Part shown: in pieces, positions 11,141 through 19,896 of the stretch
How the letters are laid out: each line of letters starts with the position of its first letter
Position numbering within the stretch: the stretch's first letter is position 1
IMG/VR virus record: IMGVR_UViG_3300001460_000016
Location: 1-64,000 of that record
DNA length: 64,000 bases
Reading direction: 5' to 3' (one strand)
Origin: a virus
Translations under genes and position numbers: made by a program
Notes under the pieces: generated by a model
Told to the model about the DNA's origin: nothing
The model's database searches: none
The model's input: only the letters and a program-made list of their open reading frames with translations

Positions 11141-11892
11141 AAATATTCTCCTCTTTGAGTAACATCAATATCATATTTTTCAAACAAAGGCTTGAGTTCA
11201 TTTGGATATTCTTTTGTATTCCAAAGACCCTTCACCAGTGCAGTTGCGATGTGGGGGAATACCGAGGAATCATAGTGATACATTCCTCTTTTTGCTTCTT
11301 CTCTGAACACATATAATCCTTCAAGACCCAACTTCAAACAAACATCATTAGCATTCCATTCGAATGAGTTTTGCCAATCTGTATTTGCTATGTGTAAATT
11401 AGGGCCTTCTTGGTGGATTAATTCCAAGTCTCTTGTTTTCCAAAGACTGGCACTCTGACTGTAATAATAAGGAAGTCTTTTATCTGTAACAAACAAATCA
11501 TCACGGTCTTTGTAAGGCACAAGTGGAGTTTCAACAACTGAACCTTTAAAAAGTTTTATAAAGGAAATCCCATCCCTCTCCATAATGTCTTTGTAATTTT
11601 CAATTAATTCCTCTTTAACATTATCATATAGAAGATAGTCTTCGGAAATGTAAATGCAGTAATCTTCCTTTACCTCTTTTATTCCTGTTAAAAATTGTTC
11701 TCTGTACAGTTTATCTTTATCGTATTTAACGACATTGAAATCAGATGGAACCGAGTTGTTGGTTTCATCCGTAAACAGATACTTTTTTTCAAACAGTTGT
11801 GGAGATGTAAACTTTTTCAGTTTCCCAAAAAACATATCCCACACATCAGAGTTTTTGAAAACAGTATTTACAACTAGTGCTAAATTATCCAT
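11137..11892 (-). CDS. Putative GT-A-fold glycosyltransferase
   Basis: D.WD.FF, YISEDY (DxD-like), QSASLWK and ALVKGLW; cluster context. Confidence 0.55.
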   Translation of the reverse strand: MDNLALVVNTVFKNSDVWDMFFGKLKKFTSPQLFEKKYLFTDETNNSVPSDFNVVKYDKDKLYREQFLTGIKEVKEDYCIYISEDYLLYDNVKEELIENYKDIMERDGISFIKLFKGSVVETPLVPYKDRDDLFVTDKRLPYYYSQSASLWKTRDLELIHQEGPNLHIANTDWQNSFEWNANDVCLKLGLEGLYVFREEAKRGMYHYDSSVFPHIATALVKGLWNTKEYPNELKPLFEKYDIDVTQRGEYL

Positions 11893-13111
11893 TCGTCACT
11901 TCCTCTATTAATGATTGCCATTTTTGCAAGACCTTTTCTTTGTCGTTAAACTCTTTTACATACTTATCGGCATTAATGCCCATATCAACTTTAGACTCAT
12001 AAACTTTAATCAAAGCCTCACCAAGTCCCACTGAATCATATGTGTCTACGAGATATCCGCTCTCCCCGTCCTTAATGACATCAGCAGAAACACACCTGTC
12101 AAATGAAACCAAAGGAGTTTTGTTGGATAGACACTCTACGCTCATCATAGGGCCTGCGTCTTCGATTGTGGTCTGAAGTCCGACATTAACAGAACGATAA
12201 ACATAGGACAAGTGTTCTCTTGTGGGAACATACCCTATCGGCATCCACCGAAACGGTTGAGTTTGCGAGAATGGAACTGAGGGGGCAGGGCCTGCACTCA
12301 AGACAACAACATCATCGGTGTCGTATCCTTTTTCTTTCATTTGTTTATATAAATGATTGAATGCTTCGTCTGCATACTTTCTTCCCTTTCTCGGGCCATC
12401 TGGATTTGTGGTTCCCCATAGAATTACAAACTTATCCTTTACCTCTTCTGGATAACCCAATGCAATCCGTGCCTCTTCTCTGCTTCCTTCGAAGACAGGA
12501 ATATCAAATGGAATTGGTATACATTCACATCTTTTGTCTTTGAATAATGAACTTTCCTTGAACAGTTTTAGACTGTAGTTGCTAACAGGCGCGCCTATAA
12601 TTGGAATATCATTCCAGGCTTCTTTTTTTCTTTGTAGGAACTGAAAGGATTTATCCTTATCGTCGGACGAAGGTGTGAAATCTTCACTCATATTTTTGTT
12701 TGAAATCATATGACCATTCGGAGCCAACTGCGGACAAGCACCACAGGAAGACTTAAATTTATCACAACCAAAGACATAACAACACCCACCAGTAAAGTGG
12801 TCATTCACCATACCAACAAAAACAATAGGACATTTATGTTTATCATAAATCGCCTTGACTGTTTCTGGATACAACAGACTATCATACAATATCACCACAT
12901 CAGCAGAATCAAAAGAATCCTCTACTCCAACCTGACTTCCCTCTACGGATATTGGATAGTATGAAGTATCTGGATTTTCTCTCCCCCGCCCAAGTCCAAG
13001 TATATGATGGGAATCATATGGAAGGTCACGCATCGCATTGAAAATAATCCAATTCCCAGAATCGTGAGAATTGTACATATCAACACCTGCAATGTGAACT
13101 ATTTTCTTCAT
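11885..13111 (-). CDS. GT4 (GT-B) glycosyltransferase, WcaC-like
   Basis: FTGGCCY..GCDKF...CGACPQL, RKG and EDAGPMMSVECLSNKTPLV...GESGYLV. Confidence 0.85.
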   Translation of the reverse strand: MKKIVHIAGVDMYNSHDSGNWIIFNAMRDLPYDSHHILGLGRGRENPDTSYYPISVEGSQVGVEDSFDSADVVILYDSLLYPETVKAIYDKHKCPIVFVGMVNDHFTGGCCYVFGCDKFKSSCGACPQLAPNGHMISNKNMSEDFTPSSDDKDKSFQFLQRKKEAWNDIPIIGAPVSNYSLKLFKESSLFKDKRCECIPIPFDIPVFEGSREEARIALGYPEEVKDKFVILWGTTNPDGPRKGRKYADEAFNHLYKQMKEKGYDTDDVVVLSAGPAPSVPFSQTQPFRWMPIGYVPTREHLSYVYRSVNVGLQTTIEDAGPMMSVECLSNKTPLVSFDRCVSADVIKDGESGYLVDTYDSVGLGEALIKVYESKVDMGINADKYVKEFNDKEKVLQKWQSLIEEVTNG

Positions 13112-13821
13112 TTATTTATATTATCCTTAAAAAAATTATAATCGACAGGATTCAAAAAAGATTTCCAGTTTTTCTTTAAATCTGCGAAGGTCAAATTATC
13201 AATATCTAATCCCGACTCTGGTGCTTCGTTTTGTTCAAATTCATCTCTCTTCTTGTCTAGAATCACACTACAACAAGAAGTTACCACCGAGAACGATGTT
13301 AGTTCTGGGTAATTGCTTCGTGTATAAGTTAATGCTTTCCACGCATCTCCATTCTGTCCCACAATAGGCGTGTGGTTGGTCTGTTCCCTGAAGGAATAAT
13401 TATTCTTGTTGATGCTACTATAGAAATTTTCAAAATCGGCGGGAAGAACACACTGAACAATTTCATTTCTCGGTGCAGTATCGTGCAACACAATACTACC
13501 TCCTGGCTTTAGTATTTTTAATGACTCCTTTATTTCCGCAACAACAATGTCTGAAATATGGCAACCATCAATAAAAATAACATCATACTTGTTTTTATAT
13601 TCTCTTTTGTTTAGTGCAAAAAACACCATCGAAGGCATCCTGTGCGTAATACTAGGACACCCTCCATATGGGTCAACTCCGTGTTTTTTGTTTTTGGCAT
13701 TTACCTTTTGAAAGGTTGAACCTTCATCAACACCAATTTCTAAATAATCAATCGGATTCAATTTAGAAATAATATCAATTGGGTCTTCTGAATATAGATT
13801 TGTTAGTTTACCATCATACAT
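13108..13821 (-). CDS. Class I SAM-dependent methyltransferase (Methyltransf_24-like)
   Basis: YLEIGV, GVDP, YDVIFIDGCH and LKPGGSIVLHD. Confidence 0.85.
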   Translation of the reverse strand: MYDGKLTNLYSEDPIDIISKLNPIDYLEIGVDEGSTFQKVNAKNKKHGVDPYGGCPSITHRMPSMVFFALNKREYKNKYDVIFIDGCHISDIVVAEIKESLKILKPGGSIVLHDTAPRNEIVQCVLPADFENFYSSINKNNYSFREQTNHTPIVGQNGDAWKALTYTRSNYPELTSFSVVTSCCSVILDKKRDEFEQNEAPESGLDIDNLTFADLKKNWKSFLNPVDYNFFKDNINK

Positions 13822-14419
13822 TTTTATTAAATACCGTAAACTCTCTCAAGTCTCGGTAACCTCCTTCTTCAATAAGATCTGGTACGTTCTCTGGGTAGTT
13901 CTGCATCAGTGCAAGACCATGTGACGCCTGTTGTGGAGTCATATACATGTTCCATCCGAGCATCGTAATATCATCTTCCTTGTATGGTACTGCGTGTCGT
14001 CCTTCGTATCGTGCAACACGAAGCCAGTCAACAATATCTTTGTTGTCTGTCAGTACCATACCACCCTTACCAATCGGAAGATGTTTTTTGATATGAAAAG
14101 ACAGACACATGTTTGTGCCTTCGATATACATGTTAGAAGTAAGTCGTTTGGCGGAATCATAAATTGGATATGGTTTGAGTTGGTATATACCTTCCCATTC
14201 ATCGTTAGTAAACTTCACTGTACCACCCGAATGAATGATGGACTGGGGTACTGAGAGATAAGTCTTTGCAGGTATCTCAACCTCCCCAACACCAAAATAC
14301 TTACAACAAAGAAACAGAGCATCGGTGCAGGACGTAACCGCAACGGCATACGGCGCACCTGTATAATCAGCGACTGTCTCTTCAAACATATCTACAATTT
14401 TAAAAGGGTTATGTTTCAC
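13814..14419 (-). CDS. Short DegT/DnrJ/EryC1/StrS-family PLP aminotransferase-like protein
   Basis: FEE.VA.YTGAPYAVAVTSCTDAL, YDSA and SFHIKKHLPIGKGGM (PLP-Lys region). Only 201 aa. Confidence 0.8.
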   Translation of the reverse strand: MKHNPFKIVDMFEETVADYTGAPYAVAVTSCTDALFLCCKYFGVGEVEIPAKTYLSVPQSIIHSGGTVKFTNDEWEGIYQLKPYPIYDSAKRLTSNMYIEGTNMCLSFHIKKHLPIGKGGMVLTDNKDIVDWLRVARYEGRHAVPYKEDDITMLGWNMYMTPQQASHGLALMQNYPENVPDLIEEGGYRDLREFTVFNKNV

Positions 14420-15249
14420 AGAAATTTCTTTCTCAATAAAGTAAAATCAACATCATCACTAACAACATCAAGGAGTCCAGACCCACACACAACCGTTGGG
14501 ATTCCTTTTTCAATTTTCCAGAACTTACCAGCGTTTTTGTGTGGGTCTAATATATTTAGGGGAGCAGATACACTCGATTCTTTTATGTGAATCAATTTAC
14601 CATCATACCATGTTGTTGCACCATCATAAGGATATCCATTAGCACATATTTTTCTATGAATATTTTCTGCTGAGTCTGTCCAGTCTATTCTCAAATCTTC
14701 TTCATTTTTCCAAACAGAAAAAGAACTCTTACTAAAATCTACATCAATTGGTTGCTCTCCATTGACTAAGATTTCCTCAATCAAAGACACATACATCTCG
14801 GCAATAAAATCAAATGCTTTTTTTATCTTTATGGGGTGAGTGATAGCCTTTTTACATCTACCAAAAACAGTTCCATAGTCGGGTCCGTGACCTTCGATGG
14901 GTCTAAATGCACTAACACCTATGTAATCTGCACCGTCTATTAATGCAGATACGGTTGGACAAAACCCTCTTCTCTCTGGAAGATATGAGTCATGTAAAAC
15001 AATATATTTTTCTAAGTCTCCCCTGATAAGATACTGCCAACCCACCATGAATACTTTGTCTACGGTTTTTTCTACATCATCTTTCCTATTGTAGAACTTT
15101 ATACCATCTGAATTACAGAACTTTTGAATTTCTTCGTATATATTTTTTTCTTTATTATCATACGAAACAACAAACTCAGGAGTAACACTTAGACTCTCCA
15201 GAAGTTTTAGTCCTTTATATCCAACCAACATCAATCCAAATTTCACCAT
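14416..15249 (-). CDS. Formyltransferase (Fmt-like, probable sugar N-formyltransferase)
   Basis: GWQYLI, LHDSYLPERRGFCP, DYG, IDW...IHRKICA.GYPYDGA and VVCGSGLL. Confidence 0.8.
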   Translation of the reverse strand: MVKFGLMLVGYKGLKLLESLSVTPEFVVSYDNKEKNIYEEIQKFCNSDGIKFYNRKDDVEKTVDKVFMVGWQYLIRGDLEKYIVLHDSYLPERRGFCPTVSALIDGADYIGVSAFRPIEGHGPDYGTVFGRCKKAITHPIKIKKAFDFIAEMYVSLIEEILVNGEQPIDVDFSKSSFSVWKNEEDLRIDWTDSAENIHRKICANGYPYDGATTWYDGKLIHIKESSVSAPLNILDPHKNAGKFWKIEKGIPTVVCGSGLLDVVSDDVDFTLLRKKFL

Positions 15250-16019
15250 GACTCATTTCTCACAAGATAACTGGACATGTCCCACATGCCCCTTTGTTTA
15301 ACTCCAGCCCAAGCAGACAAATATCCCCTGTCAATTCCCAATTCAAGATCGGGATTTAGAGCAGAACCCAAGTCAAGATATGTGTTGTTTGGTGCAATTG
15401 CATGCAGTTTATGAATGCAAATATTTCCAAGACTACTTGCACAAAACAAAAACAATTTACCTTCTGGTTTAGTCTCTCGGGTATATTCAACTATCTCTTC
15501 TATCTTATCATCATTGTTTATGATACAGTTTGATCCGACTCTAAAATCTTTTATGACATTCTTGAATTTATCTAACTTCGAATTTTCGTTACACATAATA
15601 ACAATTTCATACTCATCAAATGTGGGTAAAACCTTTTCACGAAAATCATAATAGTTAGAGTTAATAAACAAATTGGCAAAAGTTATATTCTCAATATCAG
15701 AACCACTGTTATCAATCATCCAATCCCTTGGACTGTATCCGACTATTCCCGCATCAGAATTTGTGGTTATACCTATGTGATAAGCTTCGGACTTGTACCG
15801 AAAGGCATCCCACAACTTATCATGATGAAACTTATGAGTTTCCGAATTAAATTCTTTTTGATCTTCTGGGTTTAGATACCCATGAGAAGTAGGACTTAGA
15901 GAATAAGATTTATTCTCAAGAATCCAAAGTTCACCATCTGCCCATCTACTAAATGCGAAAGGTTCATGTAGTTGTAACTTTGCTAGATACTTATAAAATT
16001 CTTGTTTAAAATCTTTCAT
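15243..16019 (-). CDS. Putative GT-D-fold (DUF1792-like) glycosyltransferase
   Basis: FAFSRWADGE near the N-terminus and YLDLGSAL near the C-terminus match the R.gDGE...DiGs pattern. Confidence 0.6.
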   Translation of the reverse strand: MKDFKQEFYKYLAKLQLHEPFAFSRWADGELWILENKSYSLSPTSHGYLNPEDQKEFNSETHKFHHDKLWDAFRYKSEAYHIGITTNSDAGIVGYSPRDWMIDNSGSDIENITFANLFINSNYYDFREKVLPTFDEYEIVIMCNENSKLDKFKNVIKDFRVGSNCIINNDDKIEEIVEYTRETKPEGKLFLFCASSLGNICIHKLHAIAPNNTYLDLGSALNPDLELGIDRGYLSAWAGVKQRGMWDMSSYLVRNESW

Positions 16020-16774
16020 TCTGCTTCCAACATTTTGAAACCATCATCAACAGCCCTAGCAAGACAAATGCCCATCAACTGACCAGCTCTATATGGTTTA
16101 CCATTTGGCCCTTGGAAGGTAGTCATTGAGATCCCTTCTTCACTGTGACCATATTCAGAACCTTTCGTACTACCCCACATAGAAAGATCATCCTTTGGGT
16201 GAGGAGGAACATAGGTTGCAAAGTCCGTATACTTCTGAATCATATGAGAGAAATGAATGTCTTCACCTACAATTGGCGGAATATCAACATGAGGCAGTTC
16301 TCTCCACAGAACACTTAGAAGTTCTCTTGGGAAGAACCAAGAGTGACCAACAATATCTACCTTTGCAGTTTCTTCGTTTGGATCACACCATCCAACCCTT
16401 CTGAGTTTTTGCCATGAGTAGTGTTTGTCACCAAACAAAACACCGACAGTTCCGAGAAGACCGGGAGTCTTTTCCATAGTGTCCAGACAATTTTGTATCC
16501 AGTTTTCACCGGGAATAGTATCGTCATCTAGGACGCAAATATAATCAGCCTTTGAGTTAAGAGCGTAAGCAAATCTAGACCAGACTCCAAGATTGTAATT
16601 ACAATCTGCAAAGATCAGTTGTTTCTTTATTTCATCTGGAACTTCTTGTTCACTATTGTTTCGCCAAGCATAGATCCCAGACACATCAACACTCTGGTTG
16701 TTTACGGCTTCTATCTGTTCTGGTAGCCAACGTGTTCTTCTATAACAATTTAAAAATACATCAATCGTCACCAT
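16016..16774 (-). CDS. GT2-like glycosyltransferase
   Basis: ICVLDDDTIPG, VDIVGHSWFF and GEDIHFS. Confidence 0.8.
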   Translation of the reverse strand: MVTIDVFLNCYRRTRWLPEQIEAVNNQSVDVSGIYAWRNNSEQEVPDEIKKQLIFADCNYNLGVWSRFAYALNSKADYICVLDDDTIPGENWIQNCLDTMEKTPGLLGTVGVLFGDKHYSWQKLRRVGWCDPNEETAKVDIVGHSWFFPRELLSVLWRELPHVDIPPIVGEDIHFSHMIQKYTDFATYVPPHPKDDLSMWGSTKGSEYGHSEEGISMTTFQGPNGKPYRAGQLMGICLARAVDDGFKMLEAE

Positions 16775-17411
16775 ATGTCATTCCCATCTTACCTTGCATA
16801 GTCTCGGTACTACCCCAATACTGTTCGGAATAGATCTTATCATTACCCTTATATTCTACACCAGTATAATGTTTTGGCAAGAAGTAATGTGAGGGATAAA
16901 TTTTTATCTTATCATAACCAGTTTTCTTAGTCATTTCTGTAAGAAATACAGGTCCAACAGTTTTCCATGCGGTAAGATTTGGTAACTTGGAAAGTTCTTC
17001 CGGATTCATCTCACGGATTCTCCAAACCATGTCATCCAACAACTTGTTGTTCTTCGAACATGCAAGGTATCCATTGCACATCAACCCCTCGCGGACTTCT
17101 TCGTTTTCCCAACAACAGAATGCTTCATTCTCTACGAAGAAATCATCGAGTGGATTTACACAGATAGAATCAGCATCAATGAAAAACCCACCGTAGTTAT
17201 AAAGCAGTTCATACCGAAGTATGTCTGCCTTACCGGCGAGTTCATTCATAGCATCAAACTGTGCTTGGTTTCTTAGTTTCGGCATGTTCTCTTCAGACCA
17301 AAACCGATAGTCCCAAGTTGGGTTCTTTTCTTTCCAAGTCTCCATCATTTCGACGGGACGTTTAGACTGATCACCCACCCATATCTGGTGGATAATTTTT
17401 GGAATACTCAT
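16761..17411 (-). CDS. DXD sugar-binding glycosyltransferase (OCH1/GT32-like)
   Basis: IPKIIHQIWVG, W.EKNP.W.Y.FW, ADILRYELLY.YGG.FIDAD and TVGP.FLT. Confidence 0.9.
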   Translation of the reverse strand: MSIPKIIHQIWVGDQSKRPVEMMETWKEKNPTWDYRFWSEENMPKLRNQAQFDAMNELAGKADILRYELLYNYGGFFIDADSICVNPLDDFFVENEAFCCWENEEVREGLMCNGYLACSKNNKLLDDMVWRIREMNPEELSKLPNLTAWKTVGPVFLTEMTKKTGYDKIKIYPSHYFLPKHYTGVEYKGNDKIYSEQYWGSTETMQGKMGMTYGDD

Positions 17412-17435
17412 AATATAAATCTTTCACTAGTTGTA

Positions 17436-17843
17436 TTATTTACGTTTACCGATATGGTATTTAGGTATTAATTCCCACTCACTTTTCTCACGATGAGGAA
17501 TTATCTTAATATGATTGATTGGAACTTTGTCTTCAGCTTTGGAAGGATCTACTATTTTTAATAGATCCCATTCTGCAAGAAGACTTGCAATCATATTTCT
17601 TCTTGAAACATCACTTTCGGAAAGATTACTTGGTAGACCGTCTAGAGCAAACAACTCTTTAAAGTGTACGATATAATACTTTCCCTTCTTGTGTAAAATA
17701 TGACAAGACTGCCATAGTTTATTTTCTGTCCTAGAAGATACGCCTATTCTTGTTAAGGTTTCTCTCACTTTGAGAAAGTCATCCTTTTCACTGAGCGTAA
17801 CTTCTAACAAATCTTCTACGCCTATATCAATATATTCTTCCAT
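17436..17843 (-). CDS. regA: RegA translational repressor
   Basis: DDFLKVRETLTRIGV, LWQSCHILHKKGKYYIVHFKELFALDG and WELIPKYHIG; follows gp62. Confidence 0.97.
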   Translation of the reverse strand: MEEYIDIGVEDLLEVTLSEKDDFLKVRETLTRIGVSSRTENKLWQSCHILHKKGKYYIVHFKELFALDGLPSNLSESDVSRRNMIASLLAEWDLLKIVDPSKAEDKVPINHIKIIPHREKSEWELIPKYHIGKRK

Positions 17844-17846
17844 GTC

Positions 17847-17886
17847 ATAACACCTTTTTTATTAAACAAAAGACGTTATATTTAGG
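17847..17886 (-). promoter_or_regulatory. Late promoter CCTAAATA (17879-17886) abutting a 12-bp hairpin that covers the regA SD
   Basis: RNA AUAACGUCUUUU (17879-17868) pairs with AAAAGGUGUUAU (17858-17847), including 2 G-U pairs. Confidence 0.6.
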
Positions 17887-17899
17887 ATTTTACTCGTTT

Positions 17900-18277
17900 T
17901 CAACCCCCGTATTGATACAAGGAACGGATGTCTTCAATCTGATTTGGGGTAAGAACCCTAAGCACCTCGGTGGCTCTCTGATTAGAGTAGTTATAATGGT
18001 CCTTAATCAACTGCAAATCGTCTTCTTCTTGTGACTTAATCCACTTACTGAATCGTTTTCTTGGACGAAGAGACAGTCGGAGATAGTCGAACTGCATCTT
18101 CTTGTCTAATTGATTGTATCGGTTCACCTGATTCGCATATAAAATTGTATCGGGAAAGTAAGAAAGTGATCTGTTGATCACGAATGGGACATACGATTTT
18201 TCCTGAAGATCATCTTCTAGAAGAGGCGTTTTGTCGTGGTTGATTGCATTTAGGACTTCGGATAGGTTCATTTTCAT
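17900..18277 (-). CDS. 62: Clamp loader small subunit gp62
   Basis: LNAIN..K, Y.PFVINRSLSYFPDTILYAN, RPRKRFSKW and Y.YS...A. Confidence 0.93.
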   Translation of the reverse strand: MKMNLSEVLNAINHDKTPLLEDDLQEKSYVPFVINRSLSYFPDTILYANQVNRYNQLDKKMQFDYLRLSLRPRKRFSKWIKSQEEDDLQLIKDHYNYSNQRATEVLRVLTPNQIEDIRSLYQYGG

Positions 18278-19383
18278 CGGATAATATCAATCGAATCTAG
18301 GTTGTCGGACTTCCAGACTTCCATCTCATGTCGTATTCTACCATCTGCATTTAGATTGTCAAATCTTTTCTGGGCCTTCTTCTTCCACCAATTGATTGCA
18401 TTTTCTAGTTCATAGTTGTCGTAGTTTGGTTTCTTAATCAGTGCGTCAGTTTTACCATTTACATAATCAACTACATTCTCAAAACCATAGTTTGAAAAGT
18501 ATTGCAGTTTCTGTGTATTGAGGTCAATTGCCTTCTTGATGAAGTCGTTGAAGTCCGCCAGATCCGTCGTACGTCCCTGTGAACGAAGACTGGCCTTAAT
18601 GATTGCAATCATCTTGGTCTGTGTCTTTAGTTTACGACTGGACGCATCTTTTTTGATCAGGTGTTCTCCGCCATTGCGATTGATGAACCACTCGTTCAAT
18701 TCAGCATACCATTTGTCAGCCATAGTAAGAAGAAACTTACTGTCAGTAAGTCCCACATTTCTCAAGTAAGGTTTCATTCCATCATACTGACTACACCCCT
18801 TAATATTACCATATAAAGAAGTAGTTTCAAAGGCACAAATTTCTACTCCATACTTCTTGTTTAGATACCGTCGTGTAAAATGCGAACAACAAATCATAGT
18901 AAGCAGTTTACCTCCGAGGTAATTAAAACCAAAGGGTTGGACAGGAACAATATGAAACCCCATGATGAAATTACGATTCAACGCAGTAAGATCAGGTAAG
19001 TTACCTAACATTTTATTACGAGGCGCACTATTAATCGTGGGAGAACCGAGACGGACAAACCCGGCAATCGTGTTGGTGTTTGTCTCCTTGATCAAAAACC
19101 GAACATTCTTGCCGGGGTTGTCGTCTGCGGGAAACGATGAAACCTGACAGAAAAGATTATCGTAAACTTCTTTAGAAGTTTCTGTTACGGCAAAATTCAT
19201 ATCCATGGGGTTCATCGTAAAGTCGTTAAAGAACTCATTCTCAACGGGAAAGAGAGAAGGAGTGACCCCCTCCAGTCTCTCCTTCTTTCGATCCCGAAAG
19301 TAACCGTCAATGCGATCAAAGTTTTCGTAATAATCACGAACCCTTGACATAGCATAATTAGTGTCACTTTGATTGAGAATCAA
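18274..19383 (-). CDS. DUF4338 (DruA-like) domain protein
   Basis: GFVRLGSP.IN..PRN, IVPVQPFGFNYLGGKLL..CCSH and ETTSLYG...SQYDGMKP. Start uncertain (TTG 19383, ATG 19407, or 19425). Confidence 0.65.
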   Translation of the reverse strand: MILNQSDTNYAMSRVRDYYENFDRIDGYFRDRKKERLEGVTPSLFPVENEFFNDFTMNPMDMNFAVTETSKEVYDNLFCQVSSFPADDNPGKNVRFLIKETNTNTIAGFVRLGSPTINSAPRNKMLGNLPDLTALNRNFIMGFHIVPVQPFGFNYLGGKLLTMICCSHFTRRYLNKKYGVEICAFETTSLYGNIKGCSQYDGMKPYLRNVGLTDSKFLLTMADKWYAELNEWFINRNGGEHLIKKDASSRKLKTQTKMIAIIKASLRSQGRTTDLADFNDFIKKAIDLNTQKLQYFSNYGFENVVDYVNGKTDALIKKPNYDNYELENAINWWKKKAQKRFDNLNADGRIRHEMEVWKSDNLDSIDIIR

Positions 19384-19384
19384 T

Positions 19385-19678
19385 TCAGCCAATCTTGGTT
19401 TCTCCATCCAAGACTGCAACGACACTTGATTGACTCATCATAACAAAATCTCCAAAGAACTGAAAATCTTTTCGATTCTCATAAGCGACTCTTTGTCCTT
19501 CACAAAAATCTGGAATCAGTTCTTTTCCATTCTCCATTATAACAGGTTTTCCTATACTGGCAACAAGTCCTGTACCATATAGACCATTATTTTTCTCTTC
19601 ATAGATAATCGGACCTTCAGCTTGTCGGGTTCCTTCTACCTTGATGGCAACTTTGCCTCTTGTTGGATAAAATTTCAT
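19385..19678 (-). CDS. GroES-like co-chaperonin (functional analogue of gp31)
   Basis: 97 aa with P.rgkVai, G.V.SIG, G.RV.Y and M..S.VVAVL, the Cpn10 pattern. Confidence 0.75.
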   Translation of the reverse strand: MKFYPTRGKVAIKVEGTRQAEGPIIYEEKNNGLYGTGLVASIGKPVIMENGKELIPDFCEGQRVAYENRKDFQFFGDFVMMSQSSVVAVLDGETKIG

Positions 19679-19896
19679 TGGAAAAATACCTCAATGCAAA
19701 TAACATTTTTGTCGTTAATCATTATCATACTTCCGTCTTCTCTTTCTATCTTTGTAAACTGACCTTGTTTAATATTTTCGGTTAATATATCTGTGAATGT
19801 TCTCTTTTCTCCACCAGAAAAATGAATAATCTGTGTGCAAAGTTTAGAGTTATAAGAGAGTGTTGACTTCGTATTAGTTTTCATACCATTGATCAT
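19675..19896 (-). CDS. Hypothetical protein
   Basis: ATGA coupling to the gp44 stop; about 73 aa, beta-rich. Confidence 0.65.
   Translation of the reverse strand: MINGMKTNTKSTLSYNSKLCTQIIHFSGGEKRTFTDILTENIKQGQFTKIEREDGSMIMINDKNVICIEVFFQ

Noticed and set aside
14416-15249. Methionyl-tRNA formyltransferase (translation AMG)
   Set aside because: It is coupled to a sugar aminotransferase within a glycan operon, so a sugar N-formyltransferase is more parsimonious.
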